A stretch of DNA of 64,000 nucleotides from Octopus vulgaris (Eukaryota), in the NCBI GenBank assembly GCA_951406725.2, contig OX597828.1:46004001-46068000 (forward strand), written 5' to 3'. Shown piece after piece: positions 44,865 to 58,445 of this stretch. Each line of letters opens with the position of its first letter. Position 1 is the stretch's first letter. The notes beneath the pieces are model-generated. The model saw only the letters and a list, made by a program, of their open reading frames with translations. It was not told the origin of the DNA and ran no database searches. The translations under genes were made by a program, and so were the position numbers.

Positions 44865-45207
44865 GCGCAGGTACATAGATTTCATAAGGAACTTGTGTGA
44901 TGGGGAGGCGCTTGTTATTCTGTTCTGTATGTGTGTGTATGTGGGGCGTTATGTGTGAGTGCTTTCTCCCCTCGTAAGGGAGAAACTGGGTTAAATTTGT
45001 TACTGGTAACCACTTTATTTTCCCGTTCCACAAGAGCTGAGCTTAAGAATTGGAAATTTCCTTCGCAGTTAAGATATGAATTTAATACGTAAAATGAGCT
45101 GTCTGCTTATTTCAGTTCACATCAATAAATCTCTACTCTCGGTAGATTTGTGTGCGCATGTGTCAGTGTATATGTGTGCAAATATATGTATATGTCTCTG
45201 TGTATAC

Positions 45208-45244
<37 letters not shown>

Positions 45245-45281
45245 TATAAATATATATATGCATATATATATGTACATATAC

Positions 45282-45354
<73 letters not shown>

Positions 45355-45799
45355 AGAAGAGAGACAAAGAGAGAGAGAGGTTTTGTATGTATGAGTGTTT
45401 CTAATAAACACATTCAAGTCAGACTAACACAGAACCATATAAATTTTAGTATACATAAAATCTACACAGGCGAAAAATAGTTTAGGACTGATGATGTCAG
45501 TTCTATTCCTTCATTAATATATTTTTAACAAAACTGTATAAAATCATTTTACTTTTTACAGTTTATATAGAATTTTTTCTCTTTTTCAAATGATATAGGC
45601 GTTATATATCTTTCTACAATTCGAATAATTTTAATGCGCAATTGATTCAAATGATTAAAAATTGTTGGCAAAATAAGTTTAAGACCATACCAGGATTATG
45701 CAAATTAATAAACCAAATGTGTAGTCATATGGCTGGTCGTACTGCGCTGTTTTGTTTAATAAGTGAGCCTTGTTATACATTAATTCGCAAAGGGAAATC

Positions 45800-47050
45800 G
45801 TCGTAGTATCTGCCCAGTTACTAGATTAAAGATCGTGTTACTTCATCAGCAAAATGTTTCCTTCATGAACATTAGCAAGCAATTAGCATGCAGCAAAATG
45901 ACTTGTGTTCAAGCTTGGAAGCTTTACCAATACGAAGATCGGCAATGAACGGGCGCTTCGACAAAAATAACAACACAAATCGATCGGCGATTTCATAGGT
46001 TCTCTGAAGTTAATCGAATGCTAACAGCACTGGACATTTGCAAGCAATTATCTGATGAAAATAACATCAGCTTTCACCAAAAGAATTCGTGCTGTTCGGC
46101 CGGATCTCTCGAAAGAAGCCGATAATTTCTGAGACGAACCGGCGGAAGCGGATCAAGTTTGCTAAAAGCCATGTTGAATGGAAGGCCGAAGACTCGTCAA
46201 AAGTTCTTTGGAGTGACGAATCCCGCTTCTGCGTCTTTGGATCAGACGGAAAAGTTTATGTCAGATGCCGTCCAACTGAAGAATTCCATCCTAAGTGTGT
46301 CAAGAAAACGGTACAAGCGTCAGGTGGGGGTAATGAGGTGGGCCGCGTTCAGCAGCTTAGGTGTAGTCCAACACTATTTGCAAATGGTAAATGAAAATGT
46401 GCTACCATATTCAGATAATCAGATGCCACCGAAATCTATTTCGAGCAGGACAATTGCCCCGTTTATAACGCTAGGAAAGTTTTGCAATATTTTGTGCGCA
46501 ATAAGGCGGCGAGCTGGCACATACGTTAGCACGTCGAATGAAACGCTTGGAAGTATTTCGTCTGCCGCTACGTTCTGAGTTCAAATTGCACCGAGTCGAC
46601 TTTACCTTTCATTTCGGGGTCGATAAACTAAGTACCAGTTATGTACTGGGGGTCGATGTAATCGACTTAATCCGTTTGTACTCTCTGTGTTTAGCTCCTT
46701 GTGGGTAGTAAAGAAATAGGTATTTCGTCTGTCATATTGTTCTGAGTTCAAACTTCGCCGAGGTCGACTTTGCCTTTCAACCTTTTGCGTACGGGAGTCG
46801 ATCGAATCGACTAGCCACCTCCCTAAATATTTCGGGCTTTGTGCCTAGCGTAGAAAAGAATATTTTATGCGCAATAATATGAGGGTTGTTCTGTGGCCTC
46901 CGCAGAGTCCGAATTTGATTCCGATAGAAAATTTATGGAATTATATTTCTAAAAGGGTTCGTGCTAAAAAAAAACAACAAATTTGTTCCGCTTATATAGT
47001 TTTATTGACGAAACATGGCACAACATTCCAAGTGATTTTTGTGGTCATTT
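45800..47050 (+). mobile_element. Tc1-family transposase relic (DD34E)
   Basis: RKKPIIS..NRRKR..FAK, WSDESRF, FEQDN, WPPQSPNLIPIENLW; frameshifted and split by a SINE. Confidence 0.9.
46505..46858 (+). mobile_element. SINE family C two-body composite inside Tc1
   Basis: 19-bp TSD AATATTTT(G/A)TGCGCAATAA at 46486-46504 and 46859-46877. Confidence 0.9.
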
Positions 47051-47069
47051 GTATATATATATATATATA

Positions 47070-48639
47070 CAGGGTGCGTAAGATATTTGAGGACATAGCT
47101 CTTTTTGGTCATTAATACATTTTTTGCTGACTCTATGCAATCTTTGTTTCAGAAAATAATAATGGCAGACCCTCAGCTTACTAAAGAAATCGAGAGGCAT
47201 ACTGTTATCGTGGCTGTACAGGCCGAGTATAATGATTTAGAAATATCTCGATTTTTGAACGTCGCTAGATCTTTCGTCTACAAAACTCCTAAGGAGTTAG
47301 AGACCGAAGATGGAAACGTATCACCAGTATCAAAGTGTAAAAAGCATTCTAAACGCTTCCAAATCATCAGAACACCTGAATTTATCCAGCAAGTTCCACA
47401 AAGCATAGATTACAATCCCAGAAATTCCATGGGGTCAATTACAGAAGATCGCCATGTGTCAGAAAGAACAATCAAATACATTATTCACGAAGATATCAGA
47501 TATAAGTCTAATATGATGAAGAAAGGTCAATTTATGTCAGAAAAAAGCGAAAGAAAATCGCGACAGAAGATCTAAAAGGCTCTTAAACAAACCGAAAATC
47601 CAGCTGCAGAAGATTTGATTTGGTTTATCTCGGACGAGAAAAACTTCGAAAAGTTAACAGAAGAAATGACAATTGGTTGTGTGCAGACCCTTCTGAAGTT
47701 CCAAGGGTGTGCATGCATAATTTCCTGCACCTGTCATGGTTTAAGGATTGTAGGCAATGATGGACAAGTGATGCCTCCTTACGTCTTTCTACAAGGTTTC
47801 GGAGTTAACAATGTCACCTACATTGAGGTCCTGGAAACAGCTGTTAAACCATAGAGAGACAGTGTACGCAATGGGATGCCACACGTGTTTCAGCAAACCA
47901 CTGTACTGTCACACAAGACTGAAGTAATGCAGGAATGGATAACTAAAAAATGTTCATGATCACATTACCCGAAATATTTAGCCTCCCAATTCACCAGATC
48001 TTAATCCATTGGATTATTACGTGTGGAGCGTCATTAAGACAGGTCAAAATGCCCATAACACTAAGGATTCTTTCAAAGCCGCCATACTCCAAAATGAACC
48101 AGGACCACTTGATTCAAACGTGTAGACGACTTAGGTCTTGTATAGAAGCGGTTATTGAAGCTGAACGAGGATTTATTGAATATCATTATAGAAAAGGTTT
48201 ATTTTTATATTGATTGATTGATTGATTGATTCTAGTTTCAGCTGACGAGCTGTGGCCATGCTGGGGCACCGCCATTTGGTGTTGCTACATGGTTTTACTT
48301 CACGAATGCTTTTTAGCAACTGCAATTTGGTGCATGAGAGAGTTCGATGCAGCTGCCCTCATCTGCACCTCCTGCCGTGAAGCTGGTTCATCTGGGATAC
48401 CTGACAAGAAGAGATCCAGTTTCATTTTAAAGACATCTGCATCCACCCCATGCAGGTCTCTTAGGTTCTTCGGGAGGATATTGAAGAGCTGTGGGCCTCG
48501 GAAGCCCAGGCTATCACAGTAACTTGTCCTACATATTGATGGTAAAATTTTTGACAACATTTTTAAAATTAAAGTTATTAACTTTTATTATATGTTTTTC
48601 TATAAGCATAAATCTGTTCTGAATATCTTACGCAATTTT
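47070..48639 (+). mobile_element. maT (DD37D-type) Tc1/mariner transposon relic
   Basis: TIR CAGGGTGCGTAAGATATT after TA and a matching AATATCTTACGCA at 48622-48634. Motifs SDEKNF, VMPP, FQQ and PPNSPDLNPLDYYVW. Confidence 0.85.
48215..48532 (-). mobile_element. CR1-group LINE 3' end with (TCAA)n tail
   Basis: GPQLFNILP...FKMKLDLFL..IPDEP...RAAASNSL C-terminus; TSD ATATTGAT at 48207-48214 and 48533-48540. The same tail occurs at about 36108-36163. Confidence 0.85.
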
Positions 48640-48868
48640 ATAGTCAGTTGGTACAGGAGAACTCAGTATAATTATAATTCACAGATTCCTCTGTCTTCCT
48701 CCATTGCGGACTTTTACAAGAAGCAGAAGATATGTACTGGGAGTAATATTAATTAATAAATCATAAATGTCAAGCAAACATGAGTTACGTAAACAACTTC
48801 ATTTTCGTTACATGACTCTTTTTAATTCTCTGTCATTTATTTAATACGTGTTTGCGTGTGACTCTGTA

Positions 48869-49281
48869 TACTCTTACTCTTTTACTCTTTTACTTGTTTC
48901 AGTCATTTGACTGCCGCCATGCTGGAGCACCGCCTTTAGTCGAGCAAATCGACCCCGGGACTTATTCTTTGTAAGCCCAGTACTTATTCTATCGGTCTCT
49001 TTTTGCCGAACCGCTAACTGACGAGGACGTAAACACACCAGCATCGGTTGTCAAGCAATGCTAGGGGTACAAACACAGACACACAAACACACAAACACAT
49101 ACATATATATACATATATATGACAGGCTTCTTTCAGTTTCCGTCTACCAAATCCACTTACAAGGCATTGGTCGGCCCTGGCTATAGCAGAAAACACTTGC
49201 CCAAGATGCCACGCAGTGGGATTGAACCCGGAACCATGTGGTTGGTAAGCAAGCTACTTACCACACAGCCACTCCTGCGCC
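48869..49281 (-). mobile_element. SINE family A
   Basis: Family consensus, full length. Confidence 0.92.
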
Positions 49282-49743
49282 TATGTATGTGTATGTAAGT
49301 AATATATTTCCTTTAGATTCGTCACGTTTTTATCCACACAACAGGAAATAAATCCTCAACACGAATCTAGAATAAAGTTTTACATGATTTTAAAATGATT
49401 TGAAAAAAGTACAATTTGCAAGTCTGACAAAACTAATATTGATAATGAATGAAGACGAATATAAGAAATTTACTCAAAGTGAAAAACTCAGTTACACGTA
49501 TTTAGAGAGTAAATATGGCTGAATTATAATTTTTTTCTTTTTCTTTGTAACATAAGACGTTCGCTGGATGATGCAATGCTCATAGCCTCCGCACGACTTG
49601 CCGGACTGGTGAGATTGATAAAGAGATTAACGTTCTTTTTAAACTGCTCCAAACCAGTGTCTGTTTCGAAAACATGATCATGGAAAGAAAAGTCCAGAGG
49701 GAATGTTCTATGGAGGAATACCTGTATGTGTAGTAGTCCGAGA

Positions 49744-51083
49744 TGAGCAGATAGTTCAGTACTAAGAGCTGAGCAGGGAGTCAGTACTAAAAGCTGCGCA
49801 GGGAGTTCAGTACAAAGAGCTGAGCAGGGAGTTCAGTACTAAGAGCTGAGCTGGAAGTTCAGTGCTAAGAGCTAAGCAGGGAGTTCAGTACTAAGAGCTG
49901 AGCTGGAAGTTCAGTGCTAAGAGCTGAGCAGGGAGTTGAGTACTAGGAGCTGAGCAGGGAGTTCAGTGCTAAGAGCTGAGCAGAGAGTCAGTACAAGGAG
50001 CTGGGTAGGGAGTTCAGTACTAAGAGCTGAGCAGGGAGTTCAGTACTAAGAGCTGAGCAGGGAGTTCAGTACTAAGAGCTGAGCTGGAAGTTCAGTGCTA
50101 AGAGCTGAGCAGGGAGTTCAGTGCTAAGAGCTGAGCAGGGAGTTCAGTACTAAAAGCTGAGCAGGGAGTTCAGTACAAAGAGCTGAGCAGGGAGTTCAGT
50201 ACTAAGAGCTGAGCTGGAAGTTCAGTACAAAGAGCTGAGCAGGGAGTTGAGTACTAAGAGCTGATCTGGAAGTTCAGTGCTAAGAGCTGAGCAGGGAGTT
50301 CAGTACTAAGAGCTGAGCAGGGAGTTCAGTACTAAGATCTGAGCTGGAAGTTCAGTGTTAAGAGCTGAGCAGGGAGTTCAGTGCTAAGAGCTGAGCAGGG
50401 AGTTCAGTACTAAGAGCTGAGCAGGGAGTTCAGTACTAAGATCTGAGCTGGAAGTTCAGTGCTAAGAGCTGAGCTGGAAGTTCAGTGCTAAGAGCTGAGC
50501 AGGGAGTTCAGTGCTAAGAGCTGAGCAGGGAGTTCAGTACTAAGAGCTGAGCAGGGAGTTCAGTGCTAAGAGCTGAGCAGGGAGTTCAGTACGAAAAGCT
50601 GAGCAGGGAGTCAGTACTAAAAGTTGAGCAGGGGGTTCAGTAAGAATAGCTGAGCAGAGAGTACAGTGCTAAGAGCTGTGCAGGGAGTTCAATACTAAGA
50701 GCTGAGAAGGGAGTGAGTACTAAAAGCTGAGTAGGGAGTTTAGTACTAAGAGCTGAGCAGGACGTTCAGTACTAAGAGCTGATCAGGGAGTATAGTACTA
50801 AGAGCTGAACAGGGAGTTCAGTATTAAGATCTGAGCAGAGAGTCAGTACTAAGAGTTGAGCAGGGAGTTCAGTAAGAAGAGCTGAGCAGGGAGTCAGTAC
50901 TAAGAGTTGAGCAGGGAGTTGACTACTAAGAGCTGAGCAAGGAGTTGAGTACTAAGAACTGAGCAGGGTGTACAGTAGTAAGAGCTGAGCAGGGAGTCAG
51001 TACTAAGAGCTGAGCAGGGAGTTCACTACTAAGAGCTGGACAGGGAGTTCAATGCGAAGAGCTGAGCAAGGAGTCAGTACTAA
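49744..51083. repeat. 26-bp minisatellite, about 51 units
   Basis: Unit AGTTCAGTACTAAGAGCTGAGCAGGG, with variants (CTGGA for CAGGG, GTGCT for GTACT) and no spacers. Confidence 0.97.
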
Positions 51084-51205
51084 GCCTTTCATCTTTGCGG
51101 AGTCGATAACTAAGTACCATTTGTGTACTAGGATCAATGTAGTCCCCTCCCTCAAATTTCAGCCCTTTTGCCTATAGTGGAAAGAATTATTAATAAGAAT
51201 TAATA

Positions 51206-51547
51206 GGCGAAGGAGTACCTGTGTGGTAAGTAGATTGCTTACGAACCACATGGTTCCGGGTTCAGTTCCCCGGCGTGACACCTTAGGCAAGTGTCTTCTA
51301 CTATAGCCTCGTGCCGACTAAAGCCTTGTGAGTGGATTTGGTAGACGGAAACTGAAAGAAGCCCGTCGTATATATGTATATATGCATGTGTGTGTGTGTG
51401 TGTTTGTGTGTGTGTGTATGTTTGGGTGTCTGTGTTTGTCTCCCCAACGTCGCTTGACAACTGATGCTGGTGTGTTTACGTCCCCGTAACTTAGCGGTTC
51501 GGCAAAAGACACCGGTAGAATAAGTACTGGGCTTACAAAGTTCGTCG

Positions 51548-51622
<75 letters not shown>

Positions 51623-51835
51623 GGGAGTATTGTGTGTGTGTGTTTCTATGTCTTGACAATCGATGCTGGTGTGTTTACGTCCCCGTCACTTAGCGGTTCG
51701 GCAAAAGACACCGGTAGAAAAAGTACTGGGCTTACAAAGAATAAGTCCTGGGGGATCGATTTGATCGACTAAAGGCAGTGCTCCAAACATAGCCACAATC
51801 AAATGGCTGAAACAAGTAAAAGAGTAAAAGAGTAA
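51206..51835 (+). mobile_element. SINE family A with internal tandem duplication
   Basis: The segment CGTCG(TA)n...GGGCTTACAAAG occurs twice (about 51364-51540 and 51543-51739). Confidence 0.88.
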
Positions 51836-52581
51836 GAAGAAAGAACGAAAATATGACAGTATGGAAGGAACCAAAGGCTTGAAGATTCTAATCTGATCAC
51901 TCGCAAGTTGTTTGCTGTTGCATTTTCCTATTTTAAATCGTGCACTCAATCTAGATTCAAGTTAAGCCCTGTTGTAAAGTAAGAATAATTGGCCGCTTTA
52001 AGCGGGAGTGGCTGCTCTGTAAAATGAACAAGAGTTTTCGTTGGTGTGTGTAATGTCGGGTTCAGCTAGTGCTACAAGTTTGTGGAATATAAAGAGAAAT
52101 CACTCCTTTTTAGAGAGACTTTCGAGAATACTATGTCAGTCGTGTTTGTCGTTCGATGTAAGCAGACGTCTATAAACAACGTTAAGAGGATTCTCTAGGA
52201 AAAACTGAGACTGCAGGTAACAATAATTATAGAGCTCGTGGATATATATATGTATACAAACAATCATAAAAGTACATACGTGTCAGTACCCGTGAGTGGG
52301 TGTGTACATATGTGTGTGTGTATATATGTGCGGGTGTGTGTATACAGAGAGGGAGCGAGAGAGGGAAGGAGAGAGATAGAGTCAGACAGATAGGTAGACA
52401 AATAAATTGATACCCAGTAAAAGATACATTAAAATATATATATATATATATGTATTATATGATGTGTGTGTGTGTGTATCTATCTGTCTCTCTACGTTTA
52501 CAAACACATACCACACATGACTATATGCATACATATTCAAGTGTACACACACACACACACACATATATTGTAGGAGTGGCA

Positions 52582-52752
52582 GGCGCAGGAGTGGCTGTGT
52601 GGTAAGTAGCTTGCTAACCAACCACATGGTTCCGGGTTCAGTCCCACTGCGTGGCATCTTGGGCAAGTGTCTTCTGCTATAGCCCCGGGCCGACCAATGC
52701 CTTGTGAGTGGATTTGATAGACGGAAACTGAAAGAAGCCTGTCGTATATATG

Positions 52753-52787
<35 letters not shown>

Positions 52788-52998
52788 TTGTGTGTCTGTG
52801 TTTGTTCCCCTAGCATTGCTTGACAACCGATGCTGGTGTGTTTACGTCCCCGTCACTTAGCGGCTCGGCAAAAAGAGACCGATAGAATAAGTACTGGGCT
52901 TACAAAAGAATAAGACCCGGGGTCGAGTTGCTCGACTAAAGGCGGTGCTCCAGCATGGCCGCAGTCAAATGACTGAAACAAGTAAAAGAGTAAAGAGT
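52582..52998 (+). mobile_element. SINE family A
   Basis: Family consensus, full length. Confidence 0.92.
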
Positions 52999-53107
52999 AT
53001 ATCTCTGTATTTATGTGTGTGTGAGTGTGTGTGTGTGTGTGTATGGGTTTGCATAGCAAAGTATCACGTACCTACATATATGTAATATATATGTATGTGT
53101 GTGTGTA

Positions 53108-53165
<58 letters not shown>

Positions 53166-53417
53166 TGCGTATACACATGTATATGTATATAGATACGTAT
53201 CATCATCATTATTATCATCAATTCTACCACCAACACTCACTACCAGCATCATTATCATTATTGCTGTCACATGACGTCGGTTTCGTAAGTTTACGTGAGT
53301 AGGCCGGTTCGACAGGGAAGCAGTTGAAGCTACGGGGCTGCGTCGACCCAAAATATCGTGCTTGGTATGGATTCTAGGCATCATTTTCAGTATATAAGAT
53401 ATGATATATATACATAT

Positions 53418-53486
<69 letters not shown>

Positions 53487-53508
53487 CAGTGTATATATAC
53501 ATATAAAT

Positions 53509-53667
<159 letters not shown>

Positions 53668-53984
53668 ATACATATATATATATTCAAATATATATGAAGT
53701 CATGACTTCAAGTGTGTGTATTTATATCACTGCGCCTCTTTGTGAGTGTGTGTATGTGTGTGAGTATGCATGTGTGCGTACGTGTGTGTGCGCGTGTGCA
53801 TATGTGTGTGTGTGTGTGTCTGTGTGTGTGCGTGCATCACGTCTACCACAAGATTCTCTGAATAAAACCTGTCTTTTGTATATTGATTTTTAAAAGGTTT
53901 TCTTTTTTTTAAAGATTGTAAAGCCAAGAGTGACTTTTAATCTGACAAAATGCAAACTCATTCCGTTTCAAGTTAACACATTTG

Positions 53985-54093
53985 TTGTTGTTGTTGCTGT
54001 TGTTGTTGGTGGTGGTGGTGGTAGAATAGCCACAGCAGTAGTAGCAGCAGCAGCAACAACAGTAGTAGCGGCAGCAGCGGCAGCAGCAGCAGC

Positions 54094-54176
<83 letters not shown>

Positions 54177-54208
54177 CAGCAACAGCAGTAGTAGCTGTAG
54201 TAGTAGCT

Positions 54209-54239
<31 letters not shown>

Positions 54240-54275
54240 AAATTATTGTTGTTGGTTCTGTTGTTTTTGTTGTTG
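53985..54275. repeat. Compound (GTT)(GGT)(GCA)(GTA) trinucleotide repeat
   Basis: Seen directly. Confidence 0.9.
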
Positions 54276-54359
54276 TTTTACCACACACAAACACGATTTA
54301 ACACAGATCTTGGATTTGTGTTTATGTCTTTCCTTCGTTTTTTCTTTCCTTCTTTCCAT

Positions 54360-54432
<73 letters not shown>

Positions 54433-54455
54433 AGTATATATACGTACATACAAAT

Positions 54456-54536
<81 letters not shown>

Positions 54537-54731
54537 CATATATATATGTATATATCTATACATGCATGCTCATATATACATATAGATATAGTTATACATA
54601 TATATCATATATAAATACATATATATGTATGTACGTATATGTACATAAAAATGTATGTATGTATATGTATGTATATATATATTTATATATGGTATATATA
54701 TATGTATATATTTATATATATATGTATATAC

Positions 54732-54783
<52 letters not shown>

Positions 54784-54892
54784 GTGTATATACATATATT
54801 TGTTTGTTTGTTTTCTCTACTTCTTTATTTAAGAATACATGGTGGATAAGCAGTTTTTCACACGCCCGATTTTTGTCTGAAACAAATAAAGG

Positions 54893-54931
<39 letters not shown>

Positions 54932-54950
54932 ACACGCACACACATACACG

Positions 54951-54989
<39 letters not shown>

Positions 54990-55283
54990 GCATATACACA
55001 CACGCCGCACAAAATAAAGGAAGAAAAAGAAAATCTACAAAATTACACAAAATAAGAAATAAACAAAAACAATTAGATGAAATAAAATAAAGAAGAAAAA
55101 AATATATACAAATGAAAATATATAAAAATGAAAGAATGCGATGTTGCGAGAAAAATTTACATGCATTTCTATATAAGCATTTATAATATATGTGTATGTA
55201 TACACATACGTGCGTGTAAGTGTGTGTAAGTGTGTGTATGTGTGTATCTACATATGTATGTGAGTATATGAATTTTATTTTTC

Positions 55284-55366
<83 letters not shown>

Positions 55367-55620
55367 ATATATATATATAAATATTTATATATCTATGTAT
55401 ATATTTTAGTCTTAAATATATTCACGATTAAGTCACTATATATCGTATGTGTTAATATTTTTGCCTTTATCCGTATACCACAAGTGTCTCTGCTATCACA
55501 TATATAAACAAGCAATAGACTCTTTCGGTTCAGTTTGCTGTACCGCAAACAATTAGGTCACGTGATAATACGCGTCTGCTTGCATCTCTTCTTCCAGAAA
55601 AAAAAAATTGCTCTCTCCTG

Positions 55621-55671
<51 letters not shown>

Positions 55672-55672
<1 letters not shown>

Positions 55673-56078
55673 AATTCTTTATTGCCCACAAGGGGCTAGA
55701 CATAGAGGTGACAAACAAGGACAGACAAACGGATTAAGTTGATTATATCGACCCCCAGTGCGTAACTGGCACTTATTTAATCGACCCCGAATGGATAAAA
55801 AGCAAAGTCGACCTCGGCGGAATTTGAACTCAGAACGTAGCGGCAGACGAAGTACCTATTTCTTTACTACCCACAAAGGGCTAAACACAGAGAGGACAAA
55901 CAAGGACAGACAAACGGATTAAGTCGATTGTATAGACCCTAGTGCGTAGCTGGTACTTAATTTATCGACCCCGAAAGGATGAAAGGCAAAGTCGACCTCG
56001 GCGGAATTTGAACTCAGAACGCAACGGGAGACGAAATACGGCTACGCACTCCGCCCGGCGTGCTGACGTTTCTGCCTG
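55672..56078 (-). mobile_element. SINE family C, tandem two-body copy
   Basis: Two consecutive ~185-bp bodies behind one head. Confidence 0.85.
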
Positions 56079-56094
56079 CTATATACATATATAC

Positions 56095-56478
56095 AGGTAG
56101 TGAGTAGCGATTTTCTTCACTACTTCTCCGGCTGACAGTACCTGTTATGGGCCCTTATCCAGGGTTATGGAAAGTAGACAAGCTTCAAAGAAATCCAGGG
56201 TGGAGCGCCGTAGGCGGTTTAATGTTCGAGTCGACACTCTTCCGGCAGCTCCTGCAACCAAACTGGTGCCAAACGTAATGCTCTGCACTCATTTGGACTA
56301 CGTCAGCAATGGCGAGAGAGGAAGCCTGACGATTGGGCTACCCAGGATTTCCTTACATCTAGCCTAGGCCTGTGCAAAACTGAAGAGGAAACTGGAGAGA
56401 CATAGAATCTAAAAACCAGACAGGATTAGTTTATGCGCAACTCCATTGTCTCCCGAGGCAAATGGATGCCAGCAACAA
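56095..56478 (+). mobile_element. Putative non-autonomous RTE-derived element
   Basis: GCTCCTGCAACCAAACTGGTGCCAAACG resembles RTE 5' UTRs. Its 3' end TTTATGCGCAACTCCATTGTCTCCCGAG recurs at 6029-6056. Confidence 0.45.
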
Positions 56479-56506
56479 TATATATACACACACACAAACA
56501 CACACA

Positions 56507-56567
<61 letters not shown>

Positions 56568-56571
<4 letters not shown>

Positions 56572-58093
56572 TATTAGGCGCATAAAGTGGCTAAAAGCAG
56601 ATTTCAAATCTGTGACCGAGGTGTTAGCGAAGATGCTGGTACTTGTCGAGGGATCGCTTGGTGATACTCAAACATGTGCCGTTTCAAGCAGAATAATCTA
56701 GGGCATCCTCCACAAATAGGGGATATATCATAGAGCGAGGGTGAGTGAAGAAAGTAGAATGGGTAGGACCAAGAGGATTTTGGATTAATTACAAGCCTTC
56801 GGTAACTTCGACCACTAACGCTTGACGGCTATTCTCACAGTCGCAGCTGGATTGCAACATTGCATCGAGATGTCTACCTGCACAGTAGTTCAAATGAAAG
56901 GTTATCTATCGGGACATTCAGTATCAGGCGCTAGGTCCCCCAAGGTTGTCTTTCTCGTCTCTTCTCTATGTACTTACTCTAGAGTCAATAACGTCGGAAA
57001 TTGGAGACGTCGAGGGACATATCGTGCGAACTAGGATGTGGAGAACCGTGTTGGCATACGCGGAAGAGGTCACCGTCATAATGTAGGACACCAAGCACAT
57101 AGACCTGATCGGCACTGCTGTAATGGAGCAAGAAGTGGTGACAGGGGTGAAAAACATTGAAGTAAAGTCAGTTGACCTGGAGACCGAGGGAGGGTCCGGT
57201 TAAATTACACGTTAAATCACACATTTTGAAACTTTTGTTACATTTTTGCTTACTCGCCCTCATGAAACCTCACAACATATTGTATAATATATTTTATTGC
57301 ATAGGCCTGTACCGCCTTCCACTTTCTCTATTAGTATTATTAATATCTTTATTTTTTTTTTCTAAGGCGGTGAGCGTGAAGAGTAGTTAACGCGCCGGAC
57401 AAAGTGGTTACGGGCATTACGTCCGTCTTTACGCTTTGAATTGAAATTCACCGGAGGTCGACTTCCCCCTTCATTATTTAGGGGTCGATAAAACGAGTAC
57501 CGGTTGAACACAACACTGGGGTCGATGTAATCAACTTACCTTCTGCCCCAAATTTGCTGACATCGTGTCAAACATTTGAATATTACAACGCCTCATTGCC
57601 TGGTATATAATTTTAATTTAAACGGTAAAGAGGAGTTACCTAAAAGACAAGAAAATGAAATATTAATGAAGAAGACTATTTGTGGGGTGACAGCCAACAG
57701 AAACAATTTCAGAAATATGAAACAAAGAGGTACGAAGATCATAGAAAATGGCTCAGAAGTTGACAGAGCATGGCATGAACGGAATTATTTTTTGTGAATT
57801 TAAAGGATTTTCACTGGAATTTGATTTCTAAGTAATTACCATTTGTTATTGATAATAGTATAAAGGTGTCGAAGGAGGAGAATGATGAAGGCATCGGAGT
57901 AGATATGTTGCAGCATTTTACCTGCCCTTTGCGTCTCGCCGATGTCAGCTTTGCATTTCCTCCCTCCAGAGTCTTATATATTAAAGTACATATGAAGTAC
58001 TGCAGACGACAGTAAACCATTTAACTGCCTAACTTAACTATTAAAAGTAAACGTCTATCGTAACTTGTAAAAGCATCTGCGCCTACTCTACTC
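56568..58093 (+). repeat. Inverted duplication, left (derived) copy, 1526 bp
   Basis: Reverse complement of 60632-62157. Mirrored ORF-track peptides are identical except one K/T difference. Confidence 0.97.
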
Positions 58094-58445
58094 TACACAT
58101 ACATTTATATATGTGTATATATCTGTGTAAATATATATACATATGCGTATATATCTATACACTTATTTGTATACACACAGATACACACATACCTATATAT
58201 GATATCTTTTGTTGCTTAACTTTCCATTAAAGCAGTACTCAATACGAAGGTAGTCTATTAGCTATTTCAGTGTCCTTTTCGCGAAAGCACATTGCTTAGT
58301 GGTCAAGGTGTTGGACATATGAGAATAAGATTGTGGTGTCTGGCGATGTGTTGTGTTCTTCAACCAAATATTTCCATTTCAACTTGCTCCAGTCCACACG
58401 GCTGTCAAAAATGACCATTCCTGCGACTGCTTCTTTTCCCGTTCA

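Noticed and set aside
49744-51083. CRISPR-like regular repeats
   Set aside because: Units are contiguous with no unique spacers, there are no cas genes, and the context is eukaryotic.
53930-54301. Poly-Ala/Val/Gln protein
   Set aside because: Compound trinucleotide repeat; the Gln frame contains TAG stops and there is no exon evidence.
56379-56392. CTGAAGAGGAAAC hammerhead-like core
   Set aside because: No room for helix II and no flanking helices.
56575-58085. TAGGCGCA...TGCGCCTA as TIRs making the 1.5-kb unit a transposon
   Set aside because: Only 8 bp, the duplicated sequence extends past them, and both motifs are parts of older LINE relics in the donor copy.
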